Positions 62,757-64,000 of a stretch of 64,000 bases of DNA are shown in pieces (positions within the stretch are counted from its first letter, which is position 1; each line of letters starts with the position of its first letter). A model generated the notes under the pieces. That model was not told the origin of the DNA. It did not search any database and saw only the letters and a program-made list of their open reading frames with translations. This DNA comes from Basidiobolus meristosporus CBS 931.73 (Eukaryota; Fungi; Basidiobolomycota): contig MCFE01000186.1 in the NCBI GenBank assembly GCA_002104905.1, positions 1-64,000 on the forward strand, in the 5' to 3' direction. The translations under genes and the position numbers were made by a program.

Positions 62757-63523
62757 GCTCCATTGGATTGGTCCATAAGTTCATCAATCCAAGGCACAGG
62801 GTACTTATTCTTCACCATCACTGAGTTAAGGGCTATGTATTCAATGCAAGTCCTAAGTGTTCCATCCTTTGTTTTTGCAAAAAGCATTGGTGCTCTCCCT
62901 GGCAACTTGCAGGGTGTGATGTATTCTTACTGTAATGACTCATTTATTTGTCTCTTCATCTATTCCAACTTCAATGAACTTGTTTTCTAAGGTGGGTTGC
63001 TCACTTGAGGGCAATCTCATGTGTCCCTGAAACAATCAATGTCTCTGACTGGTTGTAGGGACACAAACTCACCTGGAAACACATCTGAATATTCCCCTAA
63101 GAGATACTGTACCTTATGCAGTACTGGAGTAGAGGAATCCTTCTGTAATACCATATTGAGGAACATCTGAGTACCCTTTCTTAGTGCACCACAGAACTGT
63201 GTCTTGCTAAGTTCACTTGTTTCACACATATTGGAATTGACCAAGTTGAAATCCTGTCTGGCAGGTGATAGCTCATAGGTGCTGTTATCCTTCTGAGTCT
63301 GAATAGCATGGGTTCTCCAGTTAATAGATGATTTACAACAGAATTACAATGTTATCCTAAGTACAAGGTTGGACTGGTGGTTCCTGAATATATGTGCCTG
63401 TAGGTCTTCTTCATTGTCATTGATCCTGATTCTTACTGGCTGAGTGATACAGTTGACTTGGTGAGAGTTCCCATTGGCTGTTGAGACCAAAGTTGATTTG
63501 GTAAGCTTTAGGTTGATTTCATC
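62757..63523 (-). pseudogene. Ty3 family-A internal fragment (protease to RT start, with an internal deletion)
   Basis: MVNSNMCETSELSKTQFCGALRKGTQM...YSDVFP and [18 protein letters not shown] are homologous to ~48820-49575. Confidence 0.9.
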
Positions 63524-64000
63524 TGTTATGCTCTGCCGCTTGAATCTTTAAGTTAGATCAGTTTTTTTAGTCAAATCAATTAGTATATGTTTGGGTTATC
63601 AGTATATCATTATTATCTATGAAATCATTAGCATTAGTCAGCAAATAAATTCGCAGATCCTTATCAGACGGAAATAGATATATTAAGTAGGATCTTATTG
63701 GGTGATGATGATGCAATCAAATGAGTCATCAGCCACAACCTACATTAGGAAATACAATTAGACAGCAATTGATCTGGCAAAATGTATATAAGGAGCTGCT
63801 GGAACCTCAATAAAAATCAGTTCAGGTTTTAGTGAATACAATACCGGCTAAACTCCCTATTCCTGTACAACTCTTATACCAAGACTTGTAACATTGGTAG
63901 CAGCAATAACTAGAAACCTCCCTCCTAAAAAAGAAGAAACCACCCTCAAGATGTTGGACAATCAAGAATGGAAGAATGCCATGCAGCAAATCCTGGCCCA
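63524..64000 (+). mobile_element. Ty3 family-A 5' LTR (63524-63893), PBS and leader; element continues past the window end
   Basis: TGTTATG...TGTAACA termini, then TTGGTAGCAGCA and a leader homologous to 47694-47800. Confidence 0.93.

Overview
Eukaryotic, fungal-type genomic DNA with short (~45-90 nt) GT-AG introns. An S1A trypsin, a very high LTR-retrotransposon load and CpG-depleted repeats would fit an early-diverging fungus such as an entomophthoralean, but this is inference only. The left half (1-31.4 kb) is a gene island: pirin 3' end, TGL2-like lipase, 8-exon LOG-family protein, two-finger C2H2 factor, NPR/HAL-type kinase, trypsin with a hydrophobic C-terminal tail, and SEC2. It is interrupted by highly degenerate Ty3/Gypsy relics and one chimeric Ty1/Copia element. 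The right half (32.3-64 kb) is an almost CpG-free nest of transposons: a CACTA-like transposon split by an internally deleted Copia, a full-length Copia with TSD, several Ty3/Gypsy lineages, solo LTRs and an unclassified modular repeat. I found no rRNA, tRNA or CRISPR. The best-supported unusual observations are: (1) a 215-bp identity tract between LTRs of two different Copia insertions (gene conversion candidate); (2) Ty5-type half-tRNA priming alongside classical 3'-end priming on the same tRNAiMet; (3) a 1.24-kb solo LTR with a CpG-retaining E-box promoter patch and a hierarchical CCCCTTTA array; (4) a Copia copy reduced to 11 bp of its 5' LTR but with an intact TSD; (5) a possibly GPI-anchored trypsin. 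All alignments and counts were done by eye.
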